Shown here: positions 1-15,189 of the stretch, in pieces | Position numbering within the stretch: the stretch's first letter is position 1 | Layout of the letters: the number at the start of each line of letters is the position of its first letter | Origin: an uncultured euryarchaeote | GTDB lineage: Archaea > Thermoplasmatota > Poseidoniia > Poseidoniales > Poseidoniaceae | DNA length: 64,000 bases | Direction of reading: 5' to 3' | NCBI GenBank assembly: GCA_937892945.1 | Contig: CALBIL010000038.1 | Coordinates: 66,102 to 130,101, forward strand | Notes under the pieces: generated by a model | What the model was told of the DNA's origin: nothing | The model's database searches: none | What the model saw: the letters and a program-made list of their open reading frames with translations, nothing else | Position numbers and translations under genes: made by a program

Positions 1-2916
1 ATCAGCAAGGGTCCAGTTTCCATCAGGGTCGGAGAATCCATCACCATCTGTATCTGCACAACCAAACCGGTCGATGCTTGAAGTATCACGAATGGTCGGG
101 CAATCATCGGGAGTAAGGCCGTTTGGATTCTCTCCAAAGCCATCACTGTCACTGTCTGCCCATTGCGTTGCCTCGTCAGGGAAAGCATCGCCACCCATGT
201 CATATCCCCAAGTGAAATCAGCGTTTGAATAGCCATCGCCGTCTGAATCCATACAACCGAAACGGTCGATGGTTGAGTTACCGGCAACTGAAGGGCAAGC
301 ATCTGGCTGGTTACCCGAAGCATTGTCCCCGTAGCCATCCATATCTGCATCTTCCCATTGCGTAGCATCGCTTGAGAATGCATCCATCAGGTCGTACCAG
401 CCATCGCCATCAGCATCTGGACAGCCAAGTGTATCATCTTGCCAGGAGTTTCCTGAACGGGTAGGGCATGCATCTTGCGTAGCTGCATCCATTACCATTT
501 CACCTGGCCAAGAAGATTTCCGGTCAGTCCATGTAGAATTACCCCAATTGTCGCCAAAACCATCTTCATCAAAATCAGACCATTGAGTCGGATCGTTCGG
601 GAAGTAATCCGCACCGTTTCCGACGTTCCAAGTTGTATCGGAATTTGAGTAGCCATCTTCATCAGCATCAAAGCAACCTAAACGGTCGAGAGTGGAAGTT
701 CCAGGAACGGAAGGACAAGCATCGGGTGTAACGCCTTGGGTATTATCACCAAAACCGTCAGAGTCTGCATCGGCCCATTGAGTGACTTCATCTGGGAAGG
801 CATCATCAGCATTCGACCAACCGTCTCCATCGTCATCAGGACAAGCATTTGAGCCATTAAGAGTCGAATTCCCTGCATCAAAGGGGCAATCATCAGTGGT
901 GTCAGACCAACCATCGCCATCGGAATCGAGGCAACCGGTCGTTCCATCGGTCGAGGTCCCTGCCAGAGTTGGACAATCGTCACTCGCATCATCAAAGCCA
1001 TCTGCATCGTCGTTGAGGTCTTCATCACTGTCTCGGCATCCATCGCCATCGATGTCATTGGTTGCTATATCAGAGATCCAAGTTGGTCGGGGAGGACTAT
1101 AGGAAGTGTATGGGCAATTGTCGTTGATATCGAGGACTTGGTCATTATCATCATCGGAATCTTCGACATCATCTTTGCAACCGTCATTATCCCAGTCCGT
1201 CGAAGCGGATGGGTTGTCAATATCTTGCATACTGGTCCAATTAAATTCACTGTTTCGAGGGCAGAGGTCAGGGTAATTATCGGTAAGACCATCGTTGTCA
1301 TCATCCGAATCACATGCATCACCTAAACCATCATTGTCGGTATCGGCTTGACTCGGATTCGAAACGTTTGGACAGTTATCATCGACATCGACAATGCTGT
1401 CGCTGTCAGAATCTTTCAGTGAAGAAGGGTCAAACACCCACACATATGTATCTCGACCACCGCTTGAAGTCAAAGTAGAGCCATCATGCGTCATCGAACC
1501 TGAATACGAACCTGCAATGGCGATGTAGTCACTCATGTTGACGCCCATGGCCCAAGCATAATCATATAGTGAGCCGCCAATGAGTTCAGTCCAATCAAGA
1601 GTACCTGTCGATGAGAGGCCAACGACAAAACCATCATGGTTCGAAGGAACCATCGTTGTGGCTCCTGCGGTATGTGATGCTGTGAGGTATCCACTGTAGG
1701 CGACAGCACCAGTAGAGGTGACTGCGAGACCTTGAGGCTCATCAGTTCCACTTGAACCTGAAACAAATGCCCAGCTGTTAGAAAATGAAACTGCACTTTT
1801 CGCAACAAACATATCATTTCCGCCATAGATTGCACTCGCAGTCCAACCGCCACTCGAGATGGTCCCTCCAAAGGTGCCTGCAAGGTAGGTATCACCTGCA
1901 GAATCGATGATGATGTCTGTTACAACAGTCTGCTGACCACTGGCACCAATTCCTTTGAGATTGAGTACACTACCCGTGGCATCTAATTCCACAATCACGG
2001 CATCAAGAGTACCGATCGCAAGATAACTCGAGGTCCCCCATTGAGCAAAACCATCTGAAAGGGTTGCTAATTTGATACCGCCAGTTGGAGATGCAACTGA
2101 ATCAATAACACGATTCGTACCAATACCCCCACCACTGACGGCCCAATCAAGAACGCCAGTATTACCTGAGTATTTCGCTACAAAAATTTGAGTATTTGAG
2201 ACATTCAAAGCCAAACCACCGAAATCTGTTTCACCTTGGAACTCACCGGTGACAAAAACATCACCAACCATGTCAATTTCTACATTGTTGACTCTACTGT
2301 ATTCGCCAGAACCATTGACCAAAGTGATGAAGCTGTTGGCCCAAAGCCAATTACCCATTGGATCCGATTTTGCAAAGAATCCTTCATAATGAAATCCAGA
2401 GTTCGTATTTGAAAGAATTACTGGGGGATTACCGACACCAGTTGGAAAAGAAATTTCACCATAGAAATATCCGGTGATCAAGATTTCTCCCCCGATATCG
2501 ACCTTGACATCTGTAAGATAGGAAAGACCGCCAGCACCAAAACTGTGGTCGGCACCAAAGAGGGATTGCCAAGTACCAGTACTGTCAATTGTAGCTAAGA
2601 AGAATTCGCCTGCGTTGTACGGCGAAGTGCGTTGGAGCGTGTTGGTACCAAAAGTCAAAGTTGTATTATATTCAGAGCCAAGGACCCAACCACCGCTCCC
2701 ATCAGGTTCGATATGTGAGGGATCAATACTTTGGGTAGAGGAACCTCCAGAAGCAATGAAGGAATTGGAAGAACCACGTGCTGATGTAAACTCGATGAGC
2801 TCGCTGGCGTCGTCAAGTACCTCATTCGATTCACTCGATTGTTCAAGAACAAAGACGGATGAAAGCATCAAGAATGAAATCAAGACTGCCGAGACGGATG
2901 CAAGTAAAGGGCGCAT
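1..2916 (-). CDS. Large secreted surface protein, partial (C-terminal part lies beyond position 1). Signal peptide, Gly/Ser/Thr-rich beta-rich repeat region, then thrombospondin-type-3-like Asp-rich Ca-binding repeats.
   Basis: Minus-strand ATG at 2916-2914 gives MRPLLASVSAVLISFLMLSSVFVLEQSSE, which looks like a signal peptide. Hand translation in the frame whose codons end on multiples of 3 stays open to position 1 (1560-1501 gives YAWAMGVNMSDYIAIAGSYS; 60-1 gives CADTDGDGFSDPDGNWTLAD). All listed minus ORFs in 1-2900 are in a different frame, consistent with one long ORF that the track omits because it runs off the edge. DxDxDGxGD / CP..G..VD..GC motifs are the same as in the 1397-aa and 3022-aa proteins. 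Confidence 0.6.
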   Translation of the reverse strand, partial: MRPLLASVSAVLISFLMLSSVFVLEQSSESNEVLDDASELIEFTSARGSSNSFIASGGSSTQSIDPSHIEPDGSGGWVLGSEYNTTLTFGTNTLQRTSPYNAGEFFLATIDSTGTWQSLFGADHSFGAGGLSYLTDVKVDIGGEILITGYFYGEISFPTGVGNPPVILSNTNSGFHYEGFFAKSDPMGNWLWANSFITLVNGSGEYSRVNNVEIDMVGDVFVTGEFQGETDFGGLALNVSNTQIFVAKYSGNTGVLDWAVSGGGIGTNRVIDSVASPTGGIKLATLSDGFAQWGTSSYLAIGTLDAVIVELDATGSVLNLKGIGASGQQTVVTDIIIDSAGDTYLAGTFGGTISSGGWTASAIYGGNDMFVAKSAVSFSNSWAFVSGSSGTDEPQGLAVTSTGAVAYSGYLTASHTAGATTMVPSNHDGFVVGLSSTGTLDWTELIGGSLYDYAWAMGVNMSDYIAIAGSYSGSMTHDGSTLTSSGGRDTYVWVFDPSSLKDSDSDSIVDVDDNCPNVSNPSQADTDNDGLGDACDSDDDNDGLTDNYPDLCPRNSEFNWTSMQDIDNPSASTDWDNDGCKDDVEDSDDDNDQVLDINDNCPYTSYSPPRPTWISDIATNDIDGDGCRDSDEDLNDDADGFDDASDDCPTLAGTSTDGTTGCLDSDGDGWSDTTDDCPFDAGNSTLNGSNACPDDDGDGWSNADDAFPDEVTQWADADSDGFGDNTQGVTPDACPSVPGTSTLDRLGCFDADEDGYSNSDTTWNVGNGADYFPNDPTQWSDFDEDGFGDNWGNSTWTDRKSSWPGEMVMDAATQDACPTRSGNSWQDDTLGCPDADGDGWYDLMDAFSSDATQWEDADMDGYGDNASGNQPDACPSVAGNSTIDRFGCMDSDGDGYSNADFTWGYDMGGDAFPDEATQWADSDSDGFGENPNGLTPDDCPTIRDTSSIDRFGCADTDGDGFSDPDGNWTLAD

Positions 2917-2981
2917 AGCAGAACCACGACGCCTACAGACATCAAACCTTTGCATTCATCGTGCCAAGAAGTCATGGCAAA

Positions 2982-2999
2982 GTGAACAAAAGAGTTCAC
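2982..2999 (-). terminator. Perfect hairpin (GTGAAC-6nt-GTTCAC) overlapping the rpl30e stop codon, followed on the minus strand by TTTG. Candidate terminator or attenuator between rpl30e and the downstream surface-protein gene.
   Basis: Plus strand 2982-2999 is gtgaacaaaagagttcac. On the minus strand this reads gag-TGA-ACtcttttGTTCAC. Confidence 0.3.
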
Positions 3000-3295
3000 T
3001 CAAGATTCGTTTCGAGTTGAAGCAAATCACTATCGCCAGCATCAATGATACTGATGGTAGAAACTGAAAATGGCTTGCTGCATGCGATTCCGAGTTCACG
3101 GTTGACGAGGGTTGTACGGAACTTTGTCACTTCAGGGTGATTTGCGTGCAGTTCATCAATAAATTCAGATGGGCAGTTAGCAGCGAAAACGATTAGTTTT
3201 GCTTCACCACGAGCACACGCATCGAGTGCTTGGCGTTGTCCAAATCGTAGGTTTCCAGTTGATATTGCATTCTTTAATTGTCGGTTCAGATCCAT
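2996..3295 (-). CDS. rpl30e: Ribosomal protein L30e
   Basis: 99 aa. Conserved L30e pattern (AKLIVFAANCP ... ELGIACSKPFSVSTISIIDAGDS). Position immediately downstream of rpoA'' matches the canonical archaeal rpo operon order. Confidence 0.75.
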   Translation of the reverse strand: MDLNRQLKNAISTGNLRFGQRQALDACARGEAKLIVFAANCPSEFIDELHANHPEVTKFRTTLVNRELGIACSKPFSVSTISIIDAGDSDLLQLETNLE

Positions 3296-3339
3296 ATTTT
3301 ATTCCTCCATACTCCACATCGTTTCTCATGGGTAGAAAA

Positions 3340-8107
<4,768 letters not shown>

Positions 8108-8111
<4 letters not shown>

Positions 8112-11100
8112 CTTCGGTCCTCCAGTTCAAGACGCATGGCCACACCTAAACTCTTCATTTCGTCTAAGAGCAGCTTGAATGCATAAGAGGTTTGTACTTT
8201 GTAAACTTCAGCGCCATCACCATGGATTGGGCTGACGTAGGTGCGTCGTTTCGGATCGTACCAAGCAATGTGACCAGATTGAGCACAGACATACATGTCG
8301 ATACCATCGGACTCATCGAGCAAGCGGTCTTTGATGACCATGGAGGCTCCGTGGGCAATCAAACAGTCACGTTCCATCTCACCGAATCGGAGACCACCTT
8401 GGCGGGCTCGACCTTCGGTAGGTTGACGGGTTAGAATTTGGACACGGCCTCGAGAACGAGCGTGAATCTTGGAAGATACCAAGTGGTGCAATCGTTGGTA
8501 GTAGATGCAACCAATGAAGATGTCTGCTGGATACACTTCTCCAGTTTCACCGTTAATCATTGTTTCACGACCTGTGTGGGCAAGTCCATTACGAACAAGT
8601 CCATCACGAAGGCTACTTTCCTTTTCACCACGGAATGCAGTCGCATCAATACGACGTCCTTCCATAGCTCCGACCTTTCCACCAATCATTTCGAGAACGT
8701 GGGCAACAGTCATTCGAGAAGGAATTGCGTGCGGGTTAATGACCAAATCAGGTACGATACCATCGGATGTGAATGGCATATCTTCTGGTTCAACAAGGCG
8801 TCCAATGACACCCTTCTGACCGTGTCGTGAAGCGAACTTGTCCCCAACTTCAGGAATCTTGTGACTTCGAACCATTACACGGACCAAGCGACCGGAGTCA
8901 AGTGATTCGGTAACATAGACATTGTCGACATAGCCTTTTTCGCCGTGGCGAACAAGCATTGAAGATTCTCGGCGTTCCTGAGCAAGGAGGAAAGCGCCAC
9001 CTGCAGATTCTTCGAGGAAACGAGGAGGACTTGTTTTACCAACAAGTACATCTCCGCCTTCAAGGTACATCTCAGGCAATGGTAGACCATCGGCTTCCAA
9101 GTGTCGGTAAGCCTCTTCTGGCTTGAGACCCTTGACTTCTTGTAGAGAACTGCCTGGCTTTTCGATTTCTTCGACTTGACCACCAGGGAACCGACGGCGT
9201 TCTGCGTTGTAGGTTCTGTTAAAGGTAGAACGACCAAGAGCACGGTCGATTGATCCTTTGTTGATGATGACAGCGTCTTGCATATTGTATCCGTGAAGAG
9301 ACATAATCGCAACGATGAAGTTTTGACCACCAGGTCGTTCATCGAAGTGAGTTGATTCCATAGCGGCTGTTCGAGTAATCGAAGTTTGTGTGTAGTGCAA
9401 AATGTGAGCACGTGTATCGGGACGCATTCGATAGTTCGAACTTGGGAGACCCAATGATTGCTTAACCATTGCAGTACCACCAGTAACACGAGGAGTTGAG
9501 TTGTGTTCTGGATATGGAATCAAAGAAGCACAAACACCCAACACGAGTTGAGGGTCGATTTCACAGTGTGTATATTCTTCATCATACAACAATGGAACTG
9601 AAACTTCTGCTGATTCCCAAGCACCGTTTGGCATACGAACCTTAGCACGTAGTTGTGCTTCAGTTGCGCCAGGTTCTCCAAGGTTGACCCATTCAACGTT
9701 TTCGTTGGTAAGTGGGCGTCCTTTGAATGGTCCGGATGGAATGGTTTCAGGGAGAACGAATGGTCGAGCAGCGATGAGAAGATCTTCTTCTTCTTCAGCA
9801 TCTACCCATTCAACGACACCGTCGTTAACCAAGTTCTTGAACGTCATTTCACCATCACGGAGTGCTTGGAGGTGTTGACCAGTTAAGCGTGGAGCACCGT
9901 CGTAAAGAACTACCAAAGGCCGCAAGATACGTCCCTTGTCAGTGTTGATGAAGATGTCCTTGTTTTCCTTGTCGTGACGAATAGAGACTTCGGCAGGGAT
10001 TGTTCCACGTCGACGAGCGGATTTGAAATGGCGGACCAAGTTCGTTCCTTTCTTGTGGATACCGTAGATGTCTCCGTTAACGTGAATTCGGTCGCCGGAA
10101 CTCCAGTCTTCAAGTTCACTGTTCACATCAAGTTCATCGAGTTGTTCTCGAACTTCGATTTCACTGATGTGTTCCGAGATGTCAATCATTTGAGCTGCGT
10201 TCTTTACAAGACCACAGTTCTGACCTTCAGGTGTTTCGTTTGGACACAAGCGGCCCCATTGAGTAGGGTGCAGGTCACGTGCTTCGAAGTGAGGTTGGCT
10301 TCGAACCAAAGGTGAGGTGACACGACGCATGTGTGAGAGGGATGCGAGGTAGGTTGTTCGGTCAAGCAATTGGCTGACACCAGAACGTCCACCAACCCAG
10401 TTACCTGTAGCCAATGCGTGCATGATCTTGGAAGTCAAAACGTCAGGTCGGAGACAAGAAGTGATTTTCAATTCTCGCTTACGGTTGTGGTGACGTTCAA
10501 GTTGGTACTTAAGGTCACGAGCAAGTTGACCTGAGGAAACACGGAACAAATCTTCGATAAGGTCACCAGCAAGACGAACACGCTTGTTCGCATAGTGGTC
10601 CTTGTCGTTTGGTTCACGGTTCGTCAAAGCCATTTCAAGAACTTGTCGAACGATACGGCCAAGGAAAATTGCCTTCTTCTTACGGTCGGTCGGTTGGTCG
10701 CCCAAGTGAGGAAGGAGTTCACGGTCAAGTAATTGATTGACACGTTGTTCTCGGTATTCTTTCTGTTGACCTGCTGCGAATTTCTTTTGCAACCATTCGT
10801 GTGCTTCAACCATCGATTGAACAGCATACTCTTCGTTGTCATTGACTTCGTTGAGGTTTGCAACGATGTACTTGAACGTCTCTGTAGGTCCTGCAACAGT
10901 CTGGAATACTTCTTGGTCGTTTTCGATACCAAGAGCTCGCATTAACAAGACAACAGGAATTGCAGTTGTTCCAGCGGTGCTGATTTTGACCATGAGCATA
11001 CCGTCACGGCGCTTTTCAACATTCAACGGTTTGCGCATTCCGTCTTTTTGTGAGAAAATCTTTGCAACTTCAGTTCGCTTTGCGTAGCGCTTGTTGATTT

Positions 11101-11719
11101 CAACAGTAACACGGTTAGGTGCAAGGTCTTCCATAGAGATCAAGACACGTTCTGTTCCGTTGATGATGAAGTAGCCTCCAGGGTCAAGAGGGTCTTCGCC
11201 ACGCTTTCGCAGCAAGTCGTCCCACAATGCGGAATCTTCAGTTGAGGTAGTTGGATACAATTGACGTTCTCCAGCAATGTGCTTTGCGTGAAGGTTACAG
11301 CGAGTCGAACGGACCATAATTGGCATGCTACCAACTTGAACGCCAGTTTCGACTGGAGAAGGTACGCCATTACGAGAAATTTGGAAATCGATGGTAACTG
11401 GTGACATGTAGGTCAACTTTCGTAGTCGGCATTCCATAGGAGTCGATGGGTGCTCTGCACCGTTCGCTTCACGAATGGTTGGTTCGCCGAGTTTAATGTT
11501 CTTCAAACGAATGGTGATGTCGTGATCGACGACGTCGAGTTTGATGTAACCGCCTTCATCATCATGGATTTCTTCATCGGTTCCAACACGGATGTTGCGA
11601 ATGATTTCCTCCATACGAGAGATGGTGTTGTCTCCTGACGGGATACAGTCGTCATAGGAAGCGAGTTGGTGGTTGACGAGGCTACGTTCTTTGAAAAATG
11701 ATTGAATAATTTCTTGCAT
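8108..11719 (-). CDS. rpoB: DNA-directed RNA polymerase subunit B, fused B''+B' form (1203 aa)
   Basis: Single continuous ORF covers both halves. Conserved motifs include RPDVLTSKIMHALATGNW, GLVKNAA and the C-terminal GEMERDCLIAHGA. GGAGG lies 8 nt upstream of the ATG at 11719. Confidence 0.95.
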
Positions 11720-11726
11720 ATTAATA

Positions 11727-11731
11727 CCTCC
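11727..11731 (-). promoter_or_regulatory. Shine-Dalgarno (GGAGG) for rpoB in the 12-nt rpoH-rpoB spacer
   Basis: Plus-strand cctcc at 11727-11731, 8 nt upstream of the rpoB ATG at 11719-11717. Confidence 0.5.
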
Positions 11732-12382
11732 TTAGTTACCCTCTACAATAAGTCGATAGGCAACGGTCTTTCCCGCAGATGGTGACTGACGGATTACTTT
11801 CACGACACGGTCGGCAATCCAACCGGCTGCGAGTGGTTTGTGTTCCGGGTCAGCTGCGAGACGTGCGTTATCTGCATTCTCAGCCATTTCCTTAATGACC
11901 TGAACTACAGGGTCTGTGATGAGAATTTTAGGCAACCATTCCTTTGCAATTCGTGGTTCACCGGTTTCATCGTCAGGTTGAATCATTTCCCAAGGAGCGA
12001 GTTCTTCGCTTTCGATAGCGAATTGGTCTTCTACGGAGATGTTTGCTTCACCGACTAATTCATGGTGTGGAACCAAATGGTGGTTCAATGCATTGAAACG
12101 CATGGTGATTTCAGGGCGATCGAAATCATCGATAGCCTTTGCACGAATTGTGATTTTCTTACTCTTCGACTTTGAACGTCGACGAGAACCTTGCTCGGCA
12201 ATAACCGACATGGTGCTAATGAATTGTTCTGAATCTTTGGAAACGCCGAGCGTTGAGGCGACTTCATCGGAAGACATGGCCTTAATGTCAGTCATGTTTC
12301 GGTCTGTTGCTAATTTATGTGCGAACTCTTCTGAAACACCGAGTTCCATGAGTCGTTTCTTTGTTGCGCTTTTTACTACCAT
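11732..12382 (-). CDS. rpoH: RNA polymerase subunit H (Rpo5), 216 aa, with ~90-aa N-terminal extension (HhH/HeH-like module plus basic linker)
   Basis: C-terminal ~120 aa match RpoH (NHHLVPHHEL..., DPVVQVIKE..., RQSPSAGKTVAYRLIV). The N-terminus [27 protein letters not shown] is a paralog of the RpoA'' N-terminus. ATG confirmed at 12382-12380. Confidence 0.8.
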   Translation of the reverse strand: MVVKSATKKRLMELGVSEEFAHKLATDRNMTDIKAMSSDEVASTLGVSKDSEQFISTMSVIAEQGSRRRSKSKSKKITIRAKAIDDFDRPEITMRFNALNHHLVPHHELVGEANISVEDQFAIESEELAPWEMIQPDDETGEPRIAKEWLPKILITDPVVQVIKEMAENADNARLAADPEHKPLAAGWIADRVVKVIRQSPSAGKTVAYRLIVEGN

Positions 12383-12431
12383 GCTCAGACCCCGATCGAC
12401 CCTACCACTTTGAGCCTGCAGACCAGTCAGG

Positions 12432-12505
12432 CGGGCCTGACGGGGTTCGAACCCGCGACCATCGGATTAAAAGTCCGACGCTCTACCTGACTGAGCTACA
12501 GGCCC
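12432..12505 (-). tRNA. tRNA-Lys (anticodon TTT)
   Basis: Minus-strand GGGCCTGTAGCTCAGTCAGGTAGAGCGTCGGACTTTTAATCCGATGGTCGCGGGTTCGAACCCCGTCAGGCCCG. 7-bp acceptor stem, T-arm GCGGG-TTCGAAC-CCCGT, anticodon loop CTTTTAA. CCA is not encoded. Confidence 0.8.
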
Positions 12506-12708
12506 AAAATAGCAACTTGGGCTTTTTGGCCGACTTTGATACTGCTCTTATACCTTACGCAAGCACCCTGTGGCTTCGTATCATAGAGGAGTTGATGTAT
12601 TCACCCACATCCCGAATGCATTGAACACCGATTTGAGGCTCGGGTTGCACGATTCGCTCCGATTGGATAGTCATAAAGACTCCCAAAGGTTGGCCCCAAC
12701 TGAACCAA

Positions 12709-14181
12709 ATGCCTGACGATGAATACTTCGGGTCGGATGACACCGAGCAAGAAATTGAACGATTGGGTCGTGTCGCAAAACAACTGATTTGGACCACTCC
12801 CCAAAACCGTAAAATCCACCTGACTGTACCCCCGACAGTATACCCCCCACGAGAGGATACAGATCTTCTTTCACAAGTCGTCCACCAATACCCGGATCCG
12901 AATGGAAAGCGATTCCTGGAAATTGGTTGTGGCTCTGGCGCTGTTTCTCTTTTTGCCGCCCAACTTGGATTCTGCGTCACAGCGTGTGACATCAACCCCT
13001 TTGCCGTTGCGAGCAGTAGGAATTCCGCTCAAGAGAACGGCATAGAAATCGATGTACGGGAAGGTGGACCCGGCCCACAATCCGATGGTGGAACTGAACA
13101 ATGGGCAGGAGAGACGCCTCACGACATCATCGTGTGGAACCTTCCTTATTTGATGCCTGAAAGGAACACGCAGCATCTCGGACCCTTCGAAGAAGCGGCA
13201 TTGCTCGACACCGATGACAAAGGACTCGTCAACCGCCTCTTACATCACCTCAAAACTTCGAATATTCTCGCAACTGATGGAGTCGTGTACCTCCTTGTAT
13301 CGCAGAACGAGAGAGGAAAGGCTGCACGAACACTCTGCCTCCGAAATGGATTTGCAGTTCGAACAATCACCACACATACATTTGATGATGACGAATGTTT
13401 GGAAGTTCTCGGAGTGTGGAGGCCTTTTCAATTTCATTCAAAATCATTGGAAAAGGAAATCAATTCAACCAACACCTCGCTGTTAAACTCGGATGATAAA
13501 GAGGGCAGTTTTTTACAAGCAGGCCGTCAAACAGCAGGCCATGGACGCCGAGGACGCGCATGGTCACATGAAGACATTGCCTTTGCAGGTTCATGGGTCA
13601 TCCATGAACGCTCAACATCTCCAAACCCAGGCCTACTTCAACTTCAAGGCGGCTTAGCTTTGTATGAAACAATCGCGGCACTCACACAGACCACTAACAC
13701 TCAAATTATGAAATGGCCAAATGATGTTCTTCTTGTGATTGATGGAGAGTTACGGAAAGTGGGCGGCATCTTAGTTGAAGGAATAAGTCAAGGTAAATAC
13801 ACACGGATCATTCTCGGCATTGGATGCAACATCTCCGCACAAAAAGTGGAAAAAAAGGGATACTCAATCGCAACACTTCAAGAACTCAATACCGAAATAA
13901 CACTCACTGCTTTCGAATCGGTAATCCAAGCAGCGGTTGCTTCATGGTTTGAGCAGAAAGAGGGGATGAATGAATTGAAACAAAAGTCGATAATTGCCAA
14001 GTATACATCTCTTTTTTCCAAAGGATTACAAGCCCTCGGAGCACCAATCTATAGAGCACAAAGTATGACCTTTGTTGAGACGGAAAGTAAAGGCAGAATC
14101 ATACTCCAAGATCGCATGGGAAACATACATCTCGTCCAAGATGGTGAAGATATTACATGGACAAACTACGCCACAAATTAG
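12709..14181 (+). CDS. Fusion protein: N-terminal Mtq2/HemK-like SAM-dependent N5-glutamine methyltransferase, C-terminal biotin--protein ligase (BirA catalytic domain)
   Basis: Methyltransferase half: VYPPREDTDLL, motif I LEIGCGSGAVS, motif IV NLPY (an NPPY variant). BirA half: GRQTAGHGRRGRAWS, KWPNDVLL, KVGGILVEG. One uninterrupted 490-aa ORF. Confidence 0.75.
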   Translation: MPDDEYFGSDDTEQEIERLGRVAKQLIWTTPQNRKIHLTVPPTVYPPREDTDLLSQVVHQYPDPNGKRFLEIGCGSGAVSLFAAQLGFCVTACDINPFAVASSRNSAQENGIEIDVREGGPGPQSDGGTEQWAGETPHDIIVWNLPYLMPERNTQHLGPFEEAALLDTDDKGLVNRLLHHLKTSNILATDGVVYLLVSQNERGKAARTLCLRNGFAVRTITTHTFDDDECLEVLGVWRPFQFHSKSLEKEINSTNTSLLNSDDKEGSFLQAGRQTAGHGRRGRAWSHEDIAFAGSWVIHERSTSPNPGLLQLQGGLALYETIAALTQTTNTQIMKWPNDVLLVIDGELRKVGGILVEGISQGKYTRIILGIGCNISAQKVEKKGYSIATLQELNTEITLTAFESVIQAAVASWFEQKEGMNELKQKSIIAKYTSLFSKGLQALGAPIYRAQSMTFVETESKGRIILQDRMGNIHLVQDGEDITWTNYATN

Positions 14182-14678
14182 TCGTTTGATTCAAGAACTG
14201 CATCAATAGACTCACCCATGCGTTCATCCTTTCTCTTGTAAAAACCGAAAACGACACACACTATACCAAGCGGATAGATAATGAAATCGATGAGTAACTT
14301 ACGGTCGACATCGACAACGAATTCCCCCGAACCTTCAGAAAATTCAACAGTATAGGAATAGAACCCTTTTCCGTCTGCTTCGAAATCGATTGAATTTGAA
14401 TCACCGCTGGCGAGTAAAAATGATTCAGCTAAAACAATGTCTCCTTCTTCGTTGACAATTTCAACAGCCACTGTAGACTCATTTTCGGCCGTAATGACGA
14501 GTTCAATAGTATCACCATTCAACAGTGAGGCACCGTTCGAATAGGGTTCTGCATCTGCATCGAGAGAGTGTGGTGAAACTAAACCGTGGATGAACAATCC
14601 ACCCACCAGAAAAGTCACGCCTAGAAGAATGAATACATCACTCATTTTCATTGCAGGTGCTGCTCCGCCTCCAGACAT
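14178..14678 (-). CDS. Hypothetical membrane-anchored protein with N- and C-terminal hydrophobic segments
   Basis: 166-aa ORF with predicted TM segments at both ends and an acidic, beta-rich middle. Convergent 4-nt overlap with the preceding gene. Confidence 0.4.
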   Translation of the reverse strand: MSGGGAAPAMKMSDVFILLGVTFLVGGLFIHGLVSPHSLDADAEPYSNGASLLNGDTIELVITAENESTVAVEIVNEEGDIVLAESFLLASGDSNSIDFEADGKGFYSYTVEFSEGSGEFVVDVDRKLLIDFIIYPLGIVCVVFGFYKRKDERMGESIDAVLESND

Positions 14679-14717
14679 AGTCTAACGAGTAAGCGAAATC
14701 ACATGAAGGTGATGGTG

Positions 14718-15104
14718 TCAACGATTACGATTTGGCCGAGGCAGGTATAAACGTTCACGAACCAAACGTATCTTACCACTACTGGTAAGGCTACGGACGG
14801 CGTAGTCTGAAAGGGAATTCTCTGATTCAATCAAAAGTCGAACGGCCTGATACGCTGGGTGCGGGATTTCAAGGATTCCAAACCCTCGCGCTTCCATCCC
14901 GCCCAATGCGGAAACCGTAGCCATGGCAACTTCCGAGTCTGCTGGATAGAATTCCATCAAACGGAAGGTTGTAGATTGTTCAATGGATTGAAACAAACTG
15001 GAAAGATGTCCACCGAGTGATGAACGAGACTCAAATTGAGAAGTACATTCAATACCGACCCATCTACGTTTTCCGCGCAGTGCCTTTGTCAAGCGCTTAG
15101 CCAT
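14718..15104 (-). CDS. RNase P protein component Pop5 (Rpp14-like)
   Basis: From the internal Met, MAKRLTKALRGKRRWVGIE matches the archaeal Pop5 N-terminal signature (LPPTLRDKKRYIAF style). About 128 aa. The track ORF extends to 15239, but that N-terminus looks non-coding. Confidence 0.55.
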   Translation of the reverse strand: MAKRLTKALRGKRRWVGIECTSQFESRSSLGGHLSSLFQSIEQSTTFRLMEFYPADSEVAMATVSALGGMEARGFGILEIPHPAYQAVRLLIESENSLSDYAVRSLTSSGKIRLVRERLYLPRPNRNR

Positions 15105-15189
15105 CGTAGTGAGGACAGACTCCTCCTTCAAGACCTTTGACCGTAAAAACCGTGCATAAACTGAAAATAGAGACACGCGAGGATAGACC

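Noticed and set aside
12555-12995. 146-aa minus ORF spanning the tRNA-Lys flank and the 5' end of the MTase-BirA gene
   Set aside because: It overlaps a well-supported gene start and an intergenic promoter region, and has no motifs.
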